Origin: Candidatus Multivoradales bacterium
GTDB lineage: Bacteria > Acidobacteriota > Thermoanaerobaculia > Multivoradales > Multivoraceae
DNA length: 64,000 nt
Assembly (NCBI GenBank): GCA_965223325.1
Contig: CBDCWI010000002.1
Coordinates: forward strand, 2,432,001 to 2,496,000
Reading direction: 5' to 3'
Below, piece after piece: positions 22,343 through 38,178 of the stretch. The translations under genes were made by a program, and so were the position numbers. Position 1 is the first letter of the stretch. Every line of letters starts with the position of its first letter. The notes beneath the pieces were generated by a model. That model worked only from the letters and a program-made list of their open reading frames with translations. It ran no database searches and was not told where the DNA came from.

Positions 22343-22543
22343 TTCGTTCTCTCTTGCGGAAACTTTTCAGGTCGTGGTCGGAAGATCGTTGGAATGGCTT
22401 TGCTAGAAGGTGGTGCGGCGAGCTCACGCGCTCGCTTGCGCCGTCTCGTTCTCCCCTTCGGTGGGGCGACCCCTCTAGCGGGGGCTGGATGTCAAAGATC
22501 GTGGGGTTCGGTTCGTAGCTCGGCCGGGGTGCTCGAGGTGGCG

Positions 22544-22918
22544 CTAGCCCTTGGGGCGTTTGGCGCCGTACTTCGAGCGACTCTGGCGTCGAGACTCAAC
22601 TCCTACGGCATCGAGTGTGCCGCGAATGACGTGATAGCGGACCCCCGGCAGATCCTTCACACGACCACCGCGAATGAGCACAATCGAGTGCTCCTGGAGG
22701 TTGTGGCCAACGCCGGGGATGTAGGTGGTGACTTCGATGCCGTTGGTCAATCGAACACGAGCCACCTTGCGAAGCGCCGAGTTCGGCTTCTTCGGCGTCT
22801 GGGTGTACACGCGAACACAGACTCCACGCTTCTGAGGGCAAGCCTGCAGAGCGGGACTCTTGGTCTTTGACTTCTGCTTCACGCGGCCCTTACGGACCAG
22901 CTGGCGAATTGTCGGCAT
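22544..22918 (-). CDS. rpsL: 30S ribosomal protein S12
   Basis: [21 protein letters not shown]. Confidence 0.99.
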   Translation of the reverse strand: MPTIRQLVRKGRVKQKSKTKSPALQACPQKRGVCVRVYTQTPKKPNSALRKVARVRLTNGIEVTTYIPGVGHNLQEHSIVLIRGGRVKDLPGVRYHVIRGTLDAVGVESRRQSRSKYGAKRPKG

Positions 22919-23311
22919 TCTTCTCTCTTCTCTTGCTTCTCAGACTCGACGAACAACTGAACTCATGCTCTGCAGTGACTCCACCAAACAGCGAAACGGC
23001 GTCTGCCACCACACCCGGAAAACGATCAGCGCGTGTGGTGAGGGCGACGTTCCGAGTGCGACCTGGAACCATCCGGACCCAACAACCTCAATCACGAAAA
23101 GAGGAGGCCGGGCGGGTCGCTCGTCCGGTAGTCATAACCGACTGACACTGGCAACGATCGGGCGCCCCGAAGGGGCCCGGTGCCGAACTATGAGCTCGTG
23201 CTCAGAGCTGCTGCGCTAGTGCTGTCGGAACGGAGATGGAGCCGAAGGAATCCACTTACGACGAGGTGCTCGACGTACGAAACCAACGACAAATCACTGC
23301 CAAACCAGGGG

Positions 23312-23340
23312 ACCTTAGCAAAGGGTAGGAGACGGGTCAA
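23312..23340 (-). promoter_or_regulatory. Putative sigma70 promoter for the str operon
   Basis: TTGACC-17bp-TAAGGT with extended -10 TG on the minus strand. Confidence 0.6.
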
Positions 23341-23484
23341 CAGAAAGCTGGTCGGAACGCTTCAGCGATTTCCGCGGGTCTCCGCCCTCCGAGTTGACAA
23401 ACAAGGTCGAGACGGTTTCGTCCAAAACGGCTGCATCCGGGCCCCGACCTAAACCTCCTGATGACCTTCATTTTCTATTTATTC

Positions 23485-23493
23485 TGGTATAAC
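23485..23493 (+). promoter_or_regulatory. Putative extended -10 promoter for the wzm cassette
   Basis: TGGTATAAC preceded by an AT-rich tract. Confidence 0.5.
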
Positions 23494-23582
23494 CTGAGGG
23501 GGTTCGGTCGCCCTCCCCGTCCAATCGTCTGCCTCGCTCCGCTCCACGCTCGCCTCCACCTGCCCGCGACACCCCGAATCCA

Positions 23583-24479
23583 ATGCTCCATCCTCCTTCG
23601 ACCGCCGAGCCCGGAGAGCTGACTCTTCCTGTTCAGCCCCCCGTGTCTGACGATCCCACCCAGAGGATCACTGTGATCCGCCCCACCAAAGGGTGGCTCG
23701 CAATCGACCTGCAGGAGATGTGGCGGTACCGGGAGCTACTGTTCTTCCTCGCCTGGCGCGACGTGAAGATCCGCTACAAGCAGACAGTTTTTGGCGTCGG
23801 ATGGGCCGTCATCCAGCCAGTCATGACCATGGTCGTGTTCTCCTTGTTCTTCGGCAAACTGGCCTCCATCCCGTCCGACGGCGTGCCCTATCCGGTCTTC
23901 AGCCTCGCGGCGCTCGTTCCGTGGACGTTCTTCGCGTCCGGCATCACGCAGTCGGCGAATAGCCTCGTGGGAAGCCAACACCTGATCAAGAAAGTCTACT
24001 TTCCGCGCCTGATCATCCCGTTGTCGAACATCTTCACCGGCCTGGTGGACTTCGGAATCGCCTTTCTCGTGCTGATCGGCATGTGTCTGGCCTTCCACAT
24101 CGAACCGACCAGAGACCTCCTGTGGCTACCCCTCTTCCTCGTCCTGGCGCTGGTGACCGCACTGGGAACAGGCCTGTGGCTCTCGGCCCTTAACGTCCAG
24201 TTCCGCGACGTTCGCTACACCCTGCCGTTCCTGACTCAGCTCTGGCTCTTCGCCACACCAATTGCCTATCCGAGCAGCCTCGTCCCGGAGAAGTGGCAGG
24301 TCGTCTATGCCCTCAATCCGATGGTCGGAGTCGTCGAAGGGTTTCGCTGGGCGTTGCTAGGCACCGAAACGGCGCCCGGCCCCATGGTTCTGGTCTCGAG
24401 CATCGTCGCCCTCACGCTTCTTGCCACCGGCATCGCATTCTTTCGGCGCATGGAGAAGACGTTCGCCGACGTCCTCTAG
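23583..24479 (+). CDS. wzm: ABC-2 polysaccharide exporter permease (Wzm/RfbA-like)
   Basis: YRELLFFLAWRDVKIRYKQT, LIKKVYFPR, FATPIAYP, LNPM. Confidence 0.9.
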   Translation: MLHPPSTAEPGELTLPVQPPVSDDPTQRITVIRPTKGWLAIDLQEMWRYRELLFFLAWRDVKIRYKQTVFGVGWAVIQPVMTMVVFSLFFGKLASIPSDGVPYPVFSLAALVPWTFFASGITQSANSLVGSQHLIKKVYFPRLIIPLSNIFTGLVDFGIAFLVLIGMCLAFHIEPTRDLLWLPLFLVLALVTALGTGLWLSALNVQFRDVRYTLPFLTQLWLFATPIAYPSSLVPEKWQVVYALNPMVGVVEGFRWALLGTETAPGPMVLVSSIVALTLLATGIAFFRRMEKTFADVL

Positions 24480-24487
24480 ATCTGACA

Positions 24488-25750
24488 ATGACTTCAGCTA
24501 TTTCGGTCGACGGCCTGTCGAAGTGCTACAACATCGGCACCCTCAAGGCGCAGACCAACGACATTCGCGATGCGATCACCGACTCAGTGACCCGCCCCTT
24601 CAAGAAGGTCGCCGGTCTTTTACGGGGCCACGCCAGCGCCGCCGCCGATCTCAACGAAGAACTGTGGGCCCTCGACGATGTCAGCTTCCAGATCGAAGCA
24701 GGCGAAGCCGTAGGGATTGTGGGGCACAACGGTGCGGGGAAGAGTACGCTGCTCAAGATTCTCTCGCGAATCACCGAGCCAACCCTGGGCGAGGCAAGGC
24801 TGCGCGGTCGCGTCGGCAGCCTGCTCGAGGTCGGCACGGGATTTCACCCCGAACTCAGTGGGCGCGAGAACATCTACCTGAACGGTGCGATCCTCGGCAT
24901 GGGACGTCATGAGATTCAGGGCAAGCTCGACCGTATCGTCGAGTTCGCGGGTGTCGAGCGCTTTCTTGATACCCCGGTCAAGCACTACTCGAGCGGCATG
25001 TACCTGCGTCTCGCCTTCTCGGTAGCCGCCCACCTCGAGCCGGAGATCCTGATCGTCGACGAGGTACTGGCAGTCGGCGACCAGGCGTTTCAGGAGCGTT
25101 CGATTGGGCGCATGAAGGAGGTTGCAAACGAAGGACGGACTGTTCTGTTCGTCACTCACAACCTCTCGGCCGTGTCCACCCTGACGGAGCGGTCCATCCT
25201 TCTTCAACACGGAAAGGTGGTCCGAGACGGCCCCACCGAGGACATCGTGGAGCATTACCTGGGCACGATCGACCAACTCTACGGCGCCGCCGACAGCTCA
25301 GCGTTGGGAGAGGATTCCGTGATTCGATCCCTGCGAGTCGTCCAAGGAGGGGATGGAAGCCAGACAGCGATGACTGGCGAGCCGCTCGAACTGAGAATGG
25401 AGTTCGACTCGCCAGAGCCGCTCGTCGAACCTGACCTCGACATTTCGATTGACCACTTGCAGTTCGGCCGTGTGCTCACCACCAGCAGTCGGATTCAGGG
25501 TGTCCACGGAGTCGACGGTAGTGCACCCGTCCGGCGAGGCACGTTCGTTTGTCGGATCGACAAGCTACATCTCAACCAGGGCCAGTACATCCTCACCCTC
25601 CGCATCGGCGACCGCAGCGGACCGATCGAGGTCCACAAACGAGCTCTGACGATGAGGATCGTGCCCAACGCGGTGAAGGGATCTCAGAGCTTCGCAGACC
25701 TCGGCCGACCGTTGATCTATGAGGACTTCCAGTGGCGCTACGAACCGTGA
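24488..25750 (+). CDS. wzt: Polysaccharide ABC exporter ATPase with C-terminal Wzt_C-like domain
   Basis: GHNGAGKST, FHPELSGREN, YSSGMYLRLAF, DEVLAVGD; ATG at 24488. Confidence 0.9.
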   Translation: MTSAISVDGLSKCYNIGTLKAQTNDIRDAITDSVTRPFKKVAGLLRGHASAAADLNEELWALDDVSFQIEAGEAVGIVGHNGAGKSTLLKILSRITEPTLGEARLRGRVGSLLEVGTGFHPELSGRENIYLNGAILGMGRHEIQGKLDRIVEFAGVERFLDTPVKHYSSGMYLRLAFSVAAHLEPEILIVDEVLAVGDQAFQERSIGRMKEVANEGRTVLFVTHNLSAVSTLTERSILLQHGKVVRDGPTEDIVEHYLGTIDQLYGAADSSALGEDSVIRSLRVVQGGDGSQTAMTGEPLELRMEFDSPEPLVEPDLDISIDHLQFGRVLTTSSRIQGVHGVDGSAPVRRGTFVCRIDKLHLNQGQYILTLRIGDRSGPIEVHKRALTMRIVPNAVKGSQSFADLGRPLIYEDFQWRYEP

Positions 25751-25765
25751 GCGGAGGCGCCGTAG

Positions 25766-26560
25766 ATGTCTGAGCCGTGGGGCAACCGTCGTCGCCACGT
25801 GATCGGTGAGAGACTGGCCTGGTTCTCCGAGCCCGCCACGGAAGAATTCTGGGAAAGGTACTTCGACCGCCAACTCGAGCCCAGCGCCATCGAGGCACGC
25901 TCCCGCTGGGACTGTCGCAGAGACAAGCTAGGTCGCCTACTGCTCGCGAACCTGCCAACCGATGGACGACACCTCGAGGCCGGGTGTGGCGCAGGGCAGT
26001 ACGTTTTCGGACTCCGACTTCGGGGACTCAACGTCGAGGGTGTCGACTACTCGGAGAAAGTCGTCAGACGAATCAAGGAGCTGGTTCCCGCTGCGCCGAT
26101 CCGGTCAGGCGATGTGCTTGCACTGGACGCCGCCGACGGATCCTACGACTCCTACCTGTCGTTCGGCGTCGTCGAACACCGCCGCGAGGGCCCCGAGCCC
26201 TTCCTGACCGAAGCACGGAGGGTCCTCCGGCCAGGTGGCGTTCTCGCGCTTTCAGTTCCCTACTTTGGGCCCGTTCGCCGACTTCGGGCCGCGCTTGGCG
26301 CATACGAACCGTCTGAACCCGACGTCCCCTTCTACCAATGGGCCTTTTGCCGAGAGGACCTTTGCGCTCGCATCGAGGCGGCTGGATTCGCCATTGACGC
26401 CCTTCATCCCCTGGGTGCGAATCGACTGCTCGAAGAAGAAAGTTCGTTGTACCGCTTCCTGGCGCAGAAGCGCGGCGAGACCTACCTTCGCCGCCTCGTC
26501 GACTTCCTGCTCGGGCGCCTTGACGGTCACACGATCCTGGTCCTGGCTCACGCTGTTTGA
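25766..26560 (+). CDS. Class I SAM-dependent methyltransferase
   Basis: LEAGCGAG, GVDYS, SFGVVEH, RVLRPGG. Confidence 0.9.
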   Translation: MSEPWGNRRRHVIGERLAWFSEPATEEFWERYFDRQLEPSAIEARSRWDCRRDKLGRLLLANLPTDGRHLEAGCGAGQYVFGLRLRGLNVEGVDYSEKVVRRIKELVPAAPIRSGDVLALDAADGSYDSYLSFGVVEHRREGPEPFLTEARRVLRPGGVLALSVPYFGPVRRLRAALGAYEPSEPDVPFYQWAFCREDLCARIEAAGFAIDALHPLGANRLLEEESSLYRFLAQKRGETYLRRLVDFLLGRLDGHTILVLAHAV

Positions 26561-26574
26561 CACGAGGAAGCAGG

Positions 26575-26601
26575 CGGGCCGGGGCTCGCACCCCGGCTCG
26601 T
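26575..26601. terminator. Hairpin between convergent methyltransferase gene and rpoC
   Basis: GCGGGCCGGGG-CTCGCA-CCCCGGCTCGT stem; no clear U-tract. Confidence 0.45.
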
Positions 26602-26641
26602 CACAGATTCGTCTGACGCCCTTGCGCCAGACGCGCTACTG

Positions 26642-29600
26642 TCAGTCGCTCTCGAAGATCCCCGAGGGCAGGCTGCGGATCTCTTCTTCGCCGAAGTCGA
26701 AGAAGAGTTCCTCGGTGGTCTCTTCGACCGGCTGATAGGGCTCTTCCATGTGGAAGTCGTGATAGACGTGCATGCCGGTACCGGCCGGGATCAAGCGACC
26801 CACGGTGACGTTCTCTTTGAGCCCACGCAGGAAGTCCACCTTGCCGCTGATGGCGGCTTCGGTGAGCACCCGGGTGGTTTCCTGGAAGGAAGCCGCCGAG
26901 ACCCAGCTCTCGGTCGAGAGCGAGGCCTTGGTGATGCCGAGCAGGAGCGGACGGCCGATGGCGGGTTGGCCGCCGGCGGCGATGACGCGCTCGTTCTCTT
27001 CCTGGAAGGCCCAACGATGCACCTGCTCGTCGATCAGGAAATCGGTGTCGCCGACATCTTGGATCTTCACCGAGCGCATCATCTGGCGCACGATGACTTC
27101 GATGTGCTTGTCGTTGATGGCAACCGACTGCGAACGGTACACCTCCTGGATCTTGTCGACCAGGTAGCGCTGCAGCTCCTTCTCACCCAGAACCTGCAGA
27201 ACGTCGTGCGGATCGATCTGACCGTCGATCAGCTGATCGCCGGCGTGAACCCGCTCGCCTTCCTGCACGTTGACGTGGATGTGACGCGGAATCTGGTACT
27301 CGCGACCCTCGCCATCGTCTGAGACGACGGTGACGATGCGATTGCCCTTGACGATGTCGCCGAGCGCGACCGTACCGTCGATCTCCGAGATGATCGCCGG
27401 GTTCTTCGGCTTGCGGGCCTCGAAGAGTTCCTGGACGCGCGGCAAACCACCGGTAATGTCCTTGGTCTTCGTTGTCTCGCGCGGAATCTTCGCCAGGGTG
27501 TCGCCAGGATGAATCACATCGCCGTCGTTGACAACCAGATGCGAACCGGTCGGCAAGAGGTAACGACGGTCGTCGCCACTCTTGGCCTTGACCACCATCG
27601 CCGGAATGCGCTTCTCGTTCTGCGACGCCTCGACGATGATGCGCTGCGAAAGACCGGTGACCTTGTCGGTGTCCTCGCGAACGTTCTCACCCTCGATGAG
27701 GTCCTGGAACTCGACCTTGCCGCCAACCTCCGAAAGGATGACCGAGGTGAAGGGGTCCCACTCGAGGAGCTCGGTGCCGGGCTCGATCTCCTGCCCCTCG
27801 CTGACCAGCAGATGTGAGCCGTAGGTGAGCGCGTAGCGCTCCTTCTCGCGACCCTGCTTGTCCATGATGAGCAGCTTGCCGTTGCGGTTGACGACCACCA
27901 GGTCTTTGTCTTTCGAATCGACCGTGGTGACGTTGAGGAACTTGACCGTGCCGCCGTTGCGTGAGGTGTGCTTCGACTGCTCGGAGACGCGGCTCGCCGT
28001 ACCACCGAAATGGAAGGTACGCATGGTGAGCTGAGTCCCGGGCTCGCCGATCGACTGGGCTGCGATGACGCCGACCGCTTCGCCGATCTCGACGATGCGC
28101 CCGACAGCCAGGTTGCGGCCGTAGCACTTGATGCAAACCCCGCGACGGGTGCCGCAGGTGAGAACCGAGCGAATCTTGACGCGTTCGATACCGGCGGCCT
28201 GAATTGCGTTGGCGACCGGCTCGGTGACTTCCTGGCCCATTTCGACAAGCGCCTCGCCGGTCATCGGGTCGTAGATGTCGTCCTGGGCCGTACGGCCAAC
28301 GATGCGGTCGCGCAGGTTCTCGAGGATGTCGCCACCCTCCATGATCGCCGTCACGGTGATGCCATCGGTGGTTTCGCAGTCTTCCTCGGTGACGATGACG
28401 TCTTGCGAAACATCGACCAGACGACGGGTCAGGTACCCCGAGTCGGCGGTCTTGAGAGCGGTGTCGGCAAGACCCTTGCGCGCGCCATGCGTCGAAATGA
28501 AGTACTGCAAAACCGAAAGACCCTCGCGGAAGTTCGCGGTGATCGGGGTTTCCATGACTTCGCCACTCGGCTTCGACATCAGACCGCGCATACCGGCCAG
28601 CTGGCGAACCTGCTCGCGCGAACCACGCGCGCCAGAATCTGCCATCAGGTTGATCGGGTTGTAGACCTTGGTGGTCTCCTCGTGGTCGGTCATCGCTTTG
28701 AACATCTCCTCCGAGACCTTCTCGGTGGCGCGATGCCAGATGTCGATGATCTTGTTGTGACGCTCACCCGCGGTGATGACGCCCGCCGAACGCTGGCTCT
28801 CGATCTCGAGCACCGATTCACGCGCGCTGCCCAGGAGCTTGACCTTGGTCTCCGGAATGACCATGTCGTCAACACCGAAGGAGATGCCGGCAAGGGTGGC
28901 GTGCTTGAAACACACCTTCTTCATCTCATCGAGCATCTTGACGGTCAACTCGTTGCCCGACTTGATGTACGAGAACCCGACGAGATCTTGAAGACCACGC
29001 TTCTTGAGCAGGCCGTTCACGAACGGCATCTGCTCCGGAAGACTCTGGTTGAAGATCACACGCCCGACTGTGGTGTCGATGACTTTGCCGTCGAGAACTT
29101 CGATCTCGGCATGCACGACGTCCTGCGAGTCGTTCTCGGCCTCGAGGTTGATGTACTCGCCCTCGAGACGCATCCGAATCGGGGTCTGGGTCTCGATGAG
29201 CCCGGCCTGAAGAGCCATGAGGACCTCGTCGGCACTGCCGAAGACGCGCCCTTCGCCCTTCGCGCCAGGGCGCGAAAGCGTCAACCAGTAGCCGCCGAGC
29301 ACCATGTCCTGCGAGGGCACGGCCAACGGACGACCATGCGCCGGTGACAACAGGTTGCGCGACGACATCATCAAGACGTGGCTCTCGATCTGCGCCTTCG
29401 GAGACAGCGGCAGGTGAACAGCCATCTGGTCACCGTCGAAGTCGGCGTTGAACGCCGCACAGACGAGTGGGTGAATCTGGATCGCCTTACCTTCGATCAA
29501 GACAGGCTGGAAGGCCTGAATGCCAAGGCGGTGCAAAGTCGGTGCGCGGTTGAGCAGCACCGGGTGGTCTTGGATGACCTCTTCGAGCGCGTCCCAGACG

Positions 29601-30820
29601 ACGTCCTCTTCACGCTCGACCATCTCTTTGGCGGCCTTGATGGTGCCGCAGTACTCGCGTTCCTCGAGCCAGTTGTAGATGAAGGGTTTGAACAGCTCGA
29701 GCGCCATCTTCTTCGGCAACCCGCACTGATTGAGCTTGAGCTCGGGACCAACGACAATGACCGAACGGCCTGAGTAGTCGACGCGCTTACCAAGCAGGTT
29801 CTGGCGGAAGCGACCTTGCTTGCCCTTCAGGGTGTCGGAGAGCGACTTGAGCGGTCGGTTGTTCGAGCCCTTGAGAACACGACCGCGGCGACCGTTGTCG
29901 AACAGGGCGTCGACCGCTTCTTGAAGCATGCGCTTCTCGTTGCGCACGATGACCTCGGGCGCCCGCAGCTCGAGCAACTTCTTGAGGCGGTTGTTGCGGT
30001 TGATCACACGCCGGTAGAGGTCGTTCAGGTCAGAGGTCGCAAAGCGGCCACCATCGAGAGGCACCAGCGGGCGCAGCTCGGGGGGAATGACCGGAATGAC
30101 TTCGAGGATCATCCACTCGGGGCGATGACCACTGCGGCGGAAGGCGTTGACCACCTTGAGGCGCTTTGCCGCCTTGAGCCGGCGAATCTGGCTCGTGTCG
30201 GTGCGCATGACGATGCGCAGCTCTTCGGCGAGCTCCTCGACCTCGATCCGCGACAGCATTTCCTTGATCGCCTCGGCACCCATGCGAGCGTCGAAGTTCT
30301 CTTCACCGACCTCATCGCGCAGCTCCCGATACTGCTCTTCGGTGAGGAGTTCCTTCTCTTCGAGCTCGGTCTCACCGGGGTCGATGACGACGTAGCTCTC
30401 GAAGTAGAGGATGCGCTCGAGGTTGCGCAGGCTCAAATCGAGAAGGTGACCGATACGGCTCGGCAGGCCCTTGAAGAACCAGACGTGGCTCACCGGGCTG
30501 GCGAGCTCGATGTGGCCCATGCGCTCACGGCGCACGCGCGAACGGGTCACCTCGACGCCGCACTTGTCGCATACGACGCCGCGATGTTTCATGCGCTTGT
30601 ACTTACCGCACAGGCACTCCCAGTCGGTGATCGGGCCAAAAATCTTGGCGCAAAAGAGACCGTCACGTTCGGGCTTGAACGTTCGGTAGTTGATCGTCTC
30701 CGCCTTAGTGACCTCGCCAAAGCTCCACGACCGGATTTTTTCCGGCGAAGCGATCGAGATCTTGAGGGCGTTGAAGTCCCTGCTTGCCTGCTGCTTATCG
30801 AGAGTCGCGATCGGCTGCAA
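26642..30820 (-). CDS. rpoC: RNA polymerase beta' subunit
   Basis: [10 protein letters not shown], Zn ribbon CLCGKY/CDKC; TTG start with AGGAGG RBS. Confidence 0.99.
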   Translation of the reverse strand: MQPIATLDKQQASRDFNALKISIASPEKIRSWSFGEVTKAETINYRTFKPERDGLFCAKIFGPITDWECLCGKYKRMKHRGVVCDKCGVEVTRSRVRRERMGHIELASPVSHVWFFKGLPSRIGHLLDLSLRNLERILYFESYVVIDPGETELEEKELLTEEQYRELRDEVGEENFDARMGAEAIKEMLSRIEVEELAEELRIVMRTDTSQIRRLKAAKRLKVVNAFRRSGHRPEWMILEVIPVIPPELRPLVPLDGGRFATSDLNDLYRRVINRNNRLKKLLELRAPEVIVRNEKRMLQEAVDALFDNGRRGRVLKGSNNRPLKSLSDTLKGKQGRFRQNLLGKRVDYSGRSVIVVGPELKLNQCGLPKKMALELFKPFIYNWLEEREYCGTIKAAKEMVEREEDVVWDALEEVIQDHPVLLNRAPTLHRLGIQAFQPVLIEGKAIQIHPLVCAAFNADFDGDQMAVHLPLSPKAQIESHVLMMSSRNLLSPAHGRPLAVPSQDMVLGGYWLTLSRPGAKGEGRVFGSADEVLMALQAGLIETQTPIRMRLEGEYINLEAENDSQDVVHAEIEVLDGKVIDTTVGRVIFNQSLPEQMPFVNGLLKKRGLQDLVGFSYIKSGNELTVKMLDEMKKVCFKHATLAGISFGVDDMVIPETKVKLLGSARESVLEIESQRSAGVITAGERHNKIIDIWHRATEKVSEEMFKAMTDHEETTKVYNPINLMADSGARGSREQVRQLAGMRGLMSKPSGEVMETPITANFREGLSVLQYFISTHGARKGLADTALKTADSGYLTRRLVDVSQDVIVTEEDCETTDGITVTAIMEGGDILENLRDRIVGRTAQDDIYDPMTGEALVEMGQEVTEPVANAIQAAGIERVKIRSVLTCGTRRGVCIKCYGRNLAVGRIVEIGEAVGVIAAQSIGEPGTQLTMRTFHFGGTASRVSEQSKHTSRNGGTVKFLNVTTVDSKDKDLVVVNRNGKLLIMDKQGREKERYALTYGSHLLVSEGQEIEPGTELLEWDPFTSVILSEVGGKVEFQDLIEGENVREDTDKVTGLSQRIIVEASQNEKRIPAMVVKAKSGDDRRYLLPTGSHLVVNDGDVIHPGDTLAKIPRETTKTKDITGGLPRVQELFEARKPKNPAIISEIDGTVALGDIVKGNRIVTVVSDDGEGREYQIPRHIHVNVQEGERVHAGDQLIDGQIDPHDVLQVLGEKELQRYLVDKIQEVYRSQSVAINDKHIEVIVRQMMRSVKIQDVGDTDFLIDEQVHRWAFQEENERVIAAGGQPAIGRPLLLGITKASLSTESWVSAASFQETTRVLTEAAISGKVDFLRGLKENVTVGRLIPAGTGMHVYHDFHMEEPYQPVEETTEELFFDFGEEEIRSLPSGIFESD

Positions 30821-30973
30821 AGGGGAGCCTCCTTGTTCCTATTGGGTCGAACGGGTAAGGGTCGTTCGAGGATGTCTGGGATGAGATTGGTTCGAGGTCG
30901 AAAGAGTGGCTGTTTAAAGGCCGATGGTCGAGAGAGCTTGTTGCCCGAAAGGGCAGTACCGGGTTCCAGGCCC

Positions 30974-35251
<4,278 letters not shown>

Positions 35252-35906
35252 CGCTTCCTCGTTCCGCTGGGTGAGAAGTGCTGTGCTGGATCACTAAATC
35301 TGGATGGTGGATCGGTACTGTTCTGGAGACTCAGTATCGAAGCGCTGTAGGTGGAGGGAACCGCATCGCGCTAAAACCAAGAGGCAAAGCTCCCGGCGGC
35401 TCGCCGGAAGGTGCGCCCTTCGATCGTTGAAACTCAGAACGGTGTCGTCTCTCCGAATGGAGAAACTTCCACCGGTCGGCCCATCCCTGGCGAATGGAGC
35501 CGCGTTGAAACCTGCTGTCGTCTGTTGCGCCGTAGGTGGGCAAGAGCAAGAGAACGTCGACACGTCGTGCGACGCGACCAACCGCTGAACGAGCCATGCC
35601 CCTCGGAGCAGGAAACACTCCGAGAGAAACCCCATCGCATGACGCCTCGGTCGAGACGCAATAGAACAAGCCTGTTGGTCAAAAAATTTCCACCAGACAA
35701 CCCGCCGCCGCCGCCTTGTGCGCACGCACCGAGCCCGGCTCGCGCGCAGCAAACGGAATCGACCGACCGGCCGCCCGTACCCGTCGTCTTAGCGCCATCC
35801 TACCCCCAAGATCAAGTCGAGGCGTAGAAAAGGCGGAAAGACGATGAAGGGAAGGCACGAACGGCGTCCTCACCGCCGCGCCAGCTCTGTCGCTACAGAC
35901 CGGCAG

Positions 35907-36293
35907 CTATTTGACCTCGACCTGTGCGCCCGCTTCTTCGAACTTGGCCTTGATCTCGTCGGCCTCTTCTTTCGAGAGACCTTCCTTGATCACAGCCGGA
36001 GCCGATTCGACGAGATCCTTTGCTTCCTTGAGGCCCATCGCGGTGACCTCGCGGACGACCTTGATGACGCCGACCTTCTTGTCGCCGAAAGACGACAGAT
36101 GGACAGCGAACTCGGTCTGCTCGTCGGCAGCGCCGGCGTCGCCACCCGCGCCACCACCGGCGACCATCATCGGCACGCCCGCCGCGGCAGCGGAGACGTC
36201 GAAGTGCTCTTCGAAAGCTTTGACCAGCTCGTTGAGCTGGAGCACGGTCATGCCCTCGACTTCCTTGATGAATTCTTCGTTACTCAGAGACAT
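35907..36293 (-). CDS. rplL: 50S ribosomal protein L7/L12
   Basis: [20 protein letters not shown]. Confidence 0.98.
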   Translation of the reverse strand: MSLSNEEFIKEVEGMTVLQLNELVKAFEEHFDVSAAAAGVPMMVAGGGAGGDAGAADEQTEFAVHLSSFGDKKVGVIKVVREVTAMGLKEAKDLVESAPAVIKEGLSKEEADEIKAKFEEAGAQVEVK

Positions 36294-36408
36294 TGTTTCT
36301 TTCCTTCCAAGACCCGTTGGCCGCTAGCGGCGTTCGGGAGTTCTGCAAAGCCGGAGCTTTCTCCGACGTTCAAGATCTAGCAGGATTGCCTGATGGTGTC
36401 AGGCGCCC

Positions 36409-36936
36409 TCAGCCCTCTTCCTTCTTCTGTCTGATCTGATCCAAAACCGTGACGAAACGAGTCGGCATGGCACCCAGCCCACGCGCCAGTCGCGCGATCG
36501 GTGACTGCAGGAGGTACGCCAGCTTGGCCAGCAGTTCCTCACGGCTCGGCAGGTTGGCGATGTCCTTGATCTGCGCCCCGTCGACTGCCGTACCGGCCAG
36601 GAGCCCGGCCTTGAACTCGACGACGGGCACTTCCTTGGCGAAATCGGTGAGTGCCTTCGCCAGCGCCACCGGGTCGTCGTTCGAATAGGCCACAGCCGTT
36701 GGGCCGACAAAGTGTTCTTCGAGGTCGGCCAGGGGAGTCCCCGCAATCGCGCGCTTGACCACCCGGTTCTTGACCACGGCGTAGCTTCCACCCGACTCGC
36801 GCACCTTGCTTCGCAGCTCAGTGTCCTGGTTGACGGTAATGCCTTGGAAGCTCACCAGGAAGGCGTGCGGCGCTGCCGCCAGCCCTTCGCTGTAGCGCGC
36901 CTCGATGCTTTCTTTCGCAGCTCTTGTCAGTGCCAT
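36409..36936 (-). CDS. rplJ: 50S ribosomal protein L10
   Basis: YAVVKNR, GPTAVAYS, LPSREELLAKL. Confidence 0.97.
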   Translation of the reverse strand: MALTRAAKESIEARYSEGLAAAPHAFLVSFQGITVNQDTELRSKVRESGGSYAVVKNRVVKRAIAGTPLADLEEHFVGPTAVAYSNDDPVALAKALTDFAKEVPVVEFKAGLLAGTAVDGAQIKDIANLPSREELLAKLAYLLQSPIARLARGLGAMPTRFVTVLDQIRQKKEEG

Positions 36937-36940
36937 TTTC

Positions 36941-37642
36941 TTACTCCGAAGCCGCGGTGAGGAACGGCGTTTCGTCGACCTTGACCCCAGGCCCCATGGT
37001 GGAGCTCAGGTGAATACCCTTGACGTAGCGCCCCTTGGCGGCAGCAGGACGGTGCTGCACGACGGCGCCGATCAGGGCGCGGGCGTTCTCGTTGATCTTC
37101 TCGGAACCAAAGGAGACTTTTCCAACTGGAGCGTGGATGTTGCCCGCCTTGTCGACGCGGAACTCGACCTTGCCACCCTTGATCTCTTCGACGGCCTTGG
37201 CGACGTCGAACGTCACGGTGCCGGTCTTCGGGTTGGGCATCAGGCCGCGCGGGCCGAGCACCCGGCCAAGACCGCCGACGACCCGCATCATGTCGGGCGT
37301 AGCGACCACGGCGTCAAACTCCATCCAACCGCCCTGGACCTTTTCGGCGAGCTCTTCGCCACCGACTACGTCGGCGCCCGCAGCTTCGGCTTCCTGAGCC
37401 TTCTCGCCCGAGGCGAAGACCGCGACCCGGGCACTCCGGCCGGTGCCGTGCGGCAGAACGACGGTGCCACGCACCATCTGATCAGCGTGCTTCGGATCGA
37501 CGTTGAGGCGCATCGAAACTTCGACGGTCTCATCGAACTTGGCGTACGACGTTTCCTGAATCTTGTCGACAGCCTCATCGAGACCGTAGGGACGGTCCTC
37601 GACCTTGGCGATCGCGTTCTTGTAGTTCTTACCTTTGGCCAC
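36941..37642 (-). CDS. rplA: 50S ribosomal protein L1
   Basis: [22 protein letters not shown]; GTG start at 37642 with AGGAG RBS. Confidence 0.97.
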   Translation of the reverse strand: MAKGKNYKNAIAKVEDRPYGLDEAVDKIQETSYAKFDETVEVSMRLNVDPKHADQMVRGTVVLPHGTGRSARVAVFASGEKAQEAEAAGADVVGGEELAEKVQGGWMEFDAVVATPDMMRVVGGLGRVLGPRGLMPNPKTGTVTFDVAKAVEEIKGGKVEFRVDKAGNIHAPVGKVSFGSEKINENARALIGAVVQHRPAAAKGRYVKGIHLSSTMGPGVKVDETPFLTAASE

Positions 37643-37686
37643 TTCTAGCTCCTTAGCCTCTTTCTCCAGCGCGGGCTCACCCACTC

Positions 37687-38109
37687 TCAGGCGACTTCGA
37701 TCCCCATCGAGCGCGCAGTACCTTCGATGATGCGCATGGCGGCCTCGATGCTTCCGGCGTTGAGATCGGGCATCTTCGTCTTGGCGATTTCCTCGACCTG
37801 CGCCTGGGTAACTGTGCCGACCTTGTTCAGGTTCGGCTCGCCAGAACCCTTCTGAAGGCCTGCGGCCTTCTTGAGCAGCACGGCGGCCGGCGGAGTCTTG
37901 GTGATGAACGAGTAACTGCGATCGACGTAGACCGTGATCACGACGGGAATGATGAGCCCTGCATCCTGCTGCGTCCGGGCGTTGAACGCCTTGCAGAAGT
38001 CCATGATGTTGACCCCAGCCTGACCGAGCGCCGGACCGACGGGCGGCGCCGGGGTCGCCTGACCGGCAGGAATCTGAAGCTTGACGAATCCTTGGACTTT
38101 CTTAGCCAT
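37687..38109 (-). CDS. rplK: 50S ribosomal protein L11
   Basis: [18 protein letters not shown]. Confidence 0.99.
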   Translation of the reverse strand: MAKKVQGFVKLQIPAGQATPAPPVGPALGQAGVNIMDFCKAFNARTQQDAGLIIPVVITVYVDRSYSFITKTPPAAVLLKKAAGLQKGSGEPNLNKVGTVTQAQVEEIAKTKMPDLNAGSIEAAMRIIEGTARSMGIEVA

Positions 38110-38178
38110 TTCTTATCTCGTTTGCGGGCTGGTGATCGGTTGTTTGAACTGAGACCTGACCTGAGTCGCGATCCCGAA

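Noticed and set aside
35294-35873. Several 60-150 aa ORFs between rplL and rpoB
   Set aside because: Mutually overlapping, no RBS or motif support, atypical composition.
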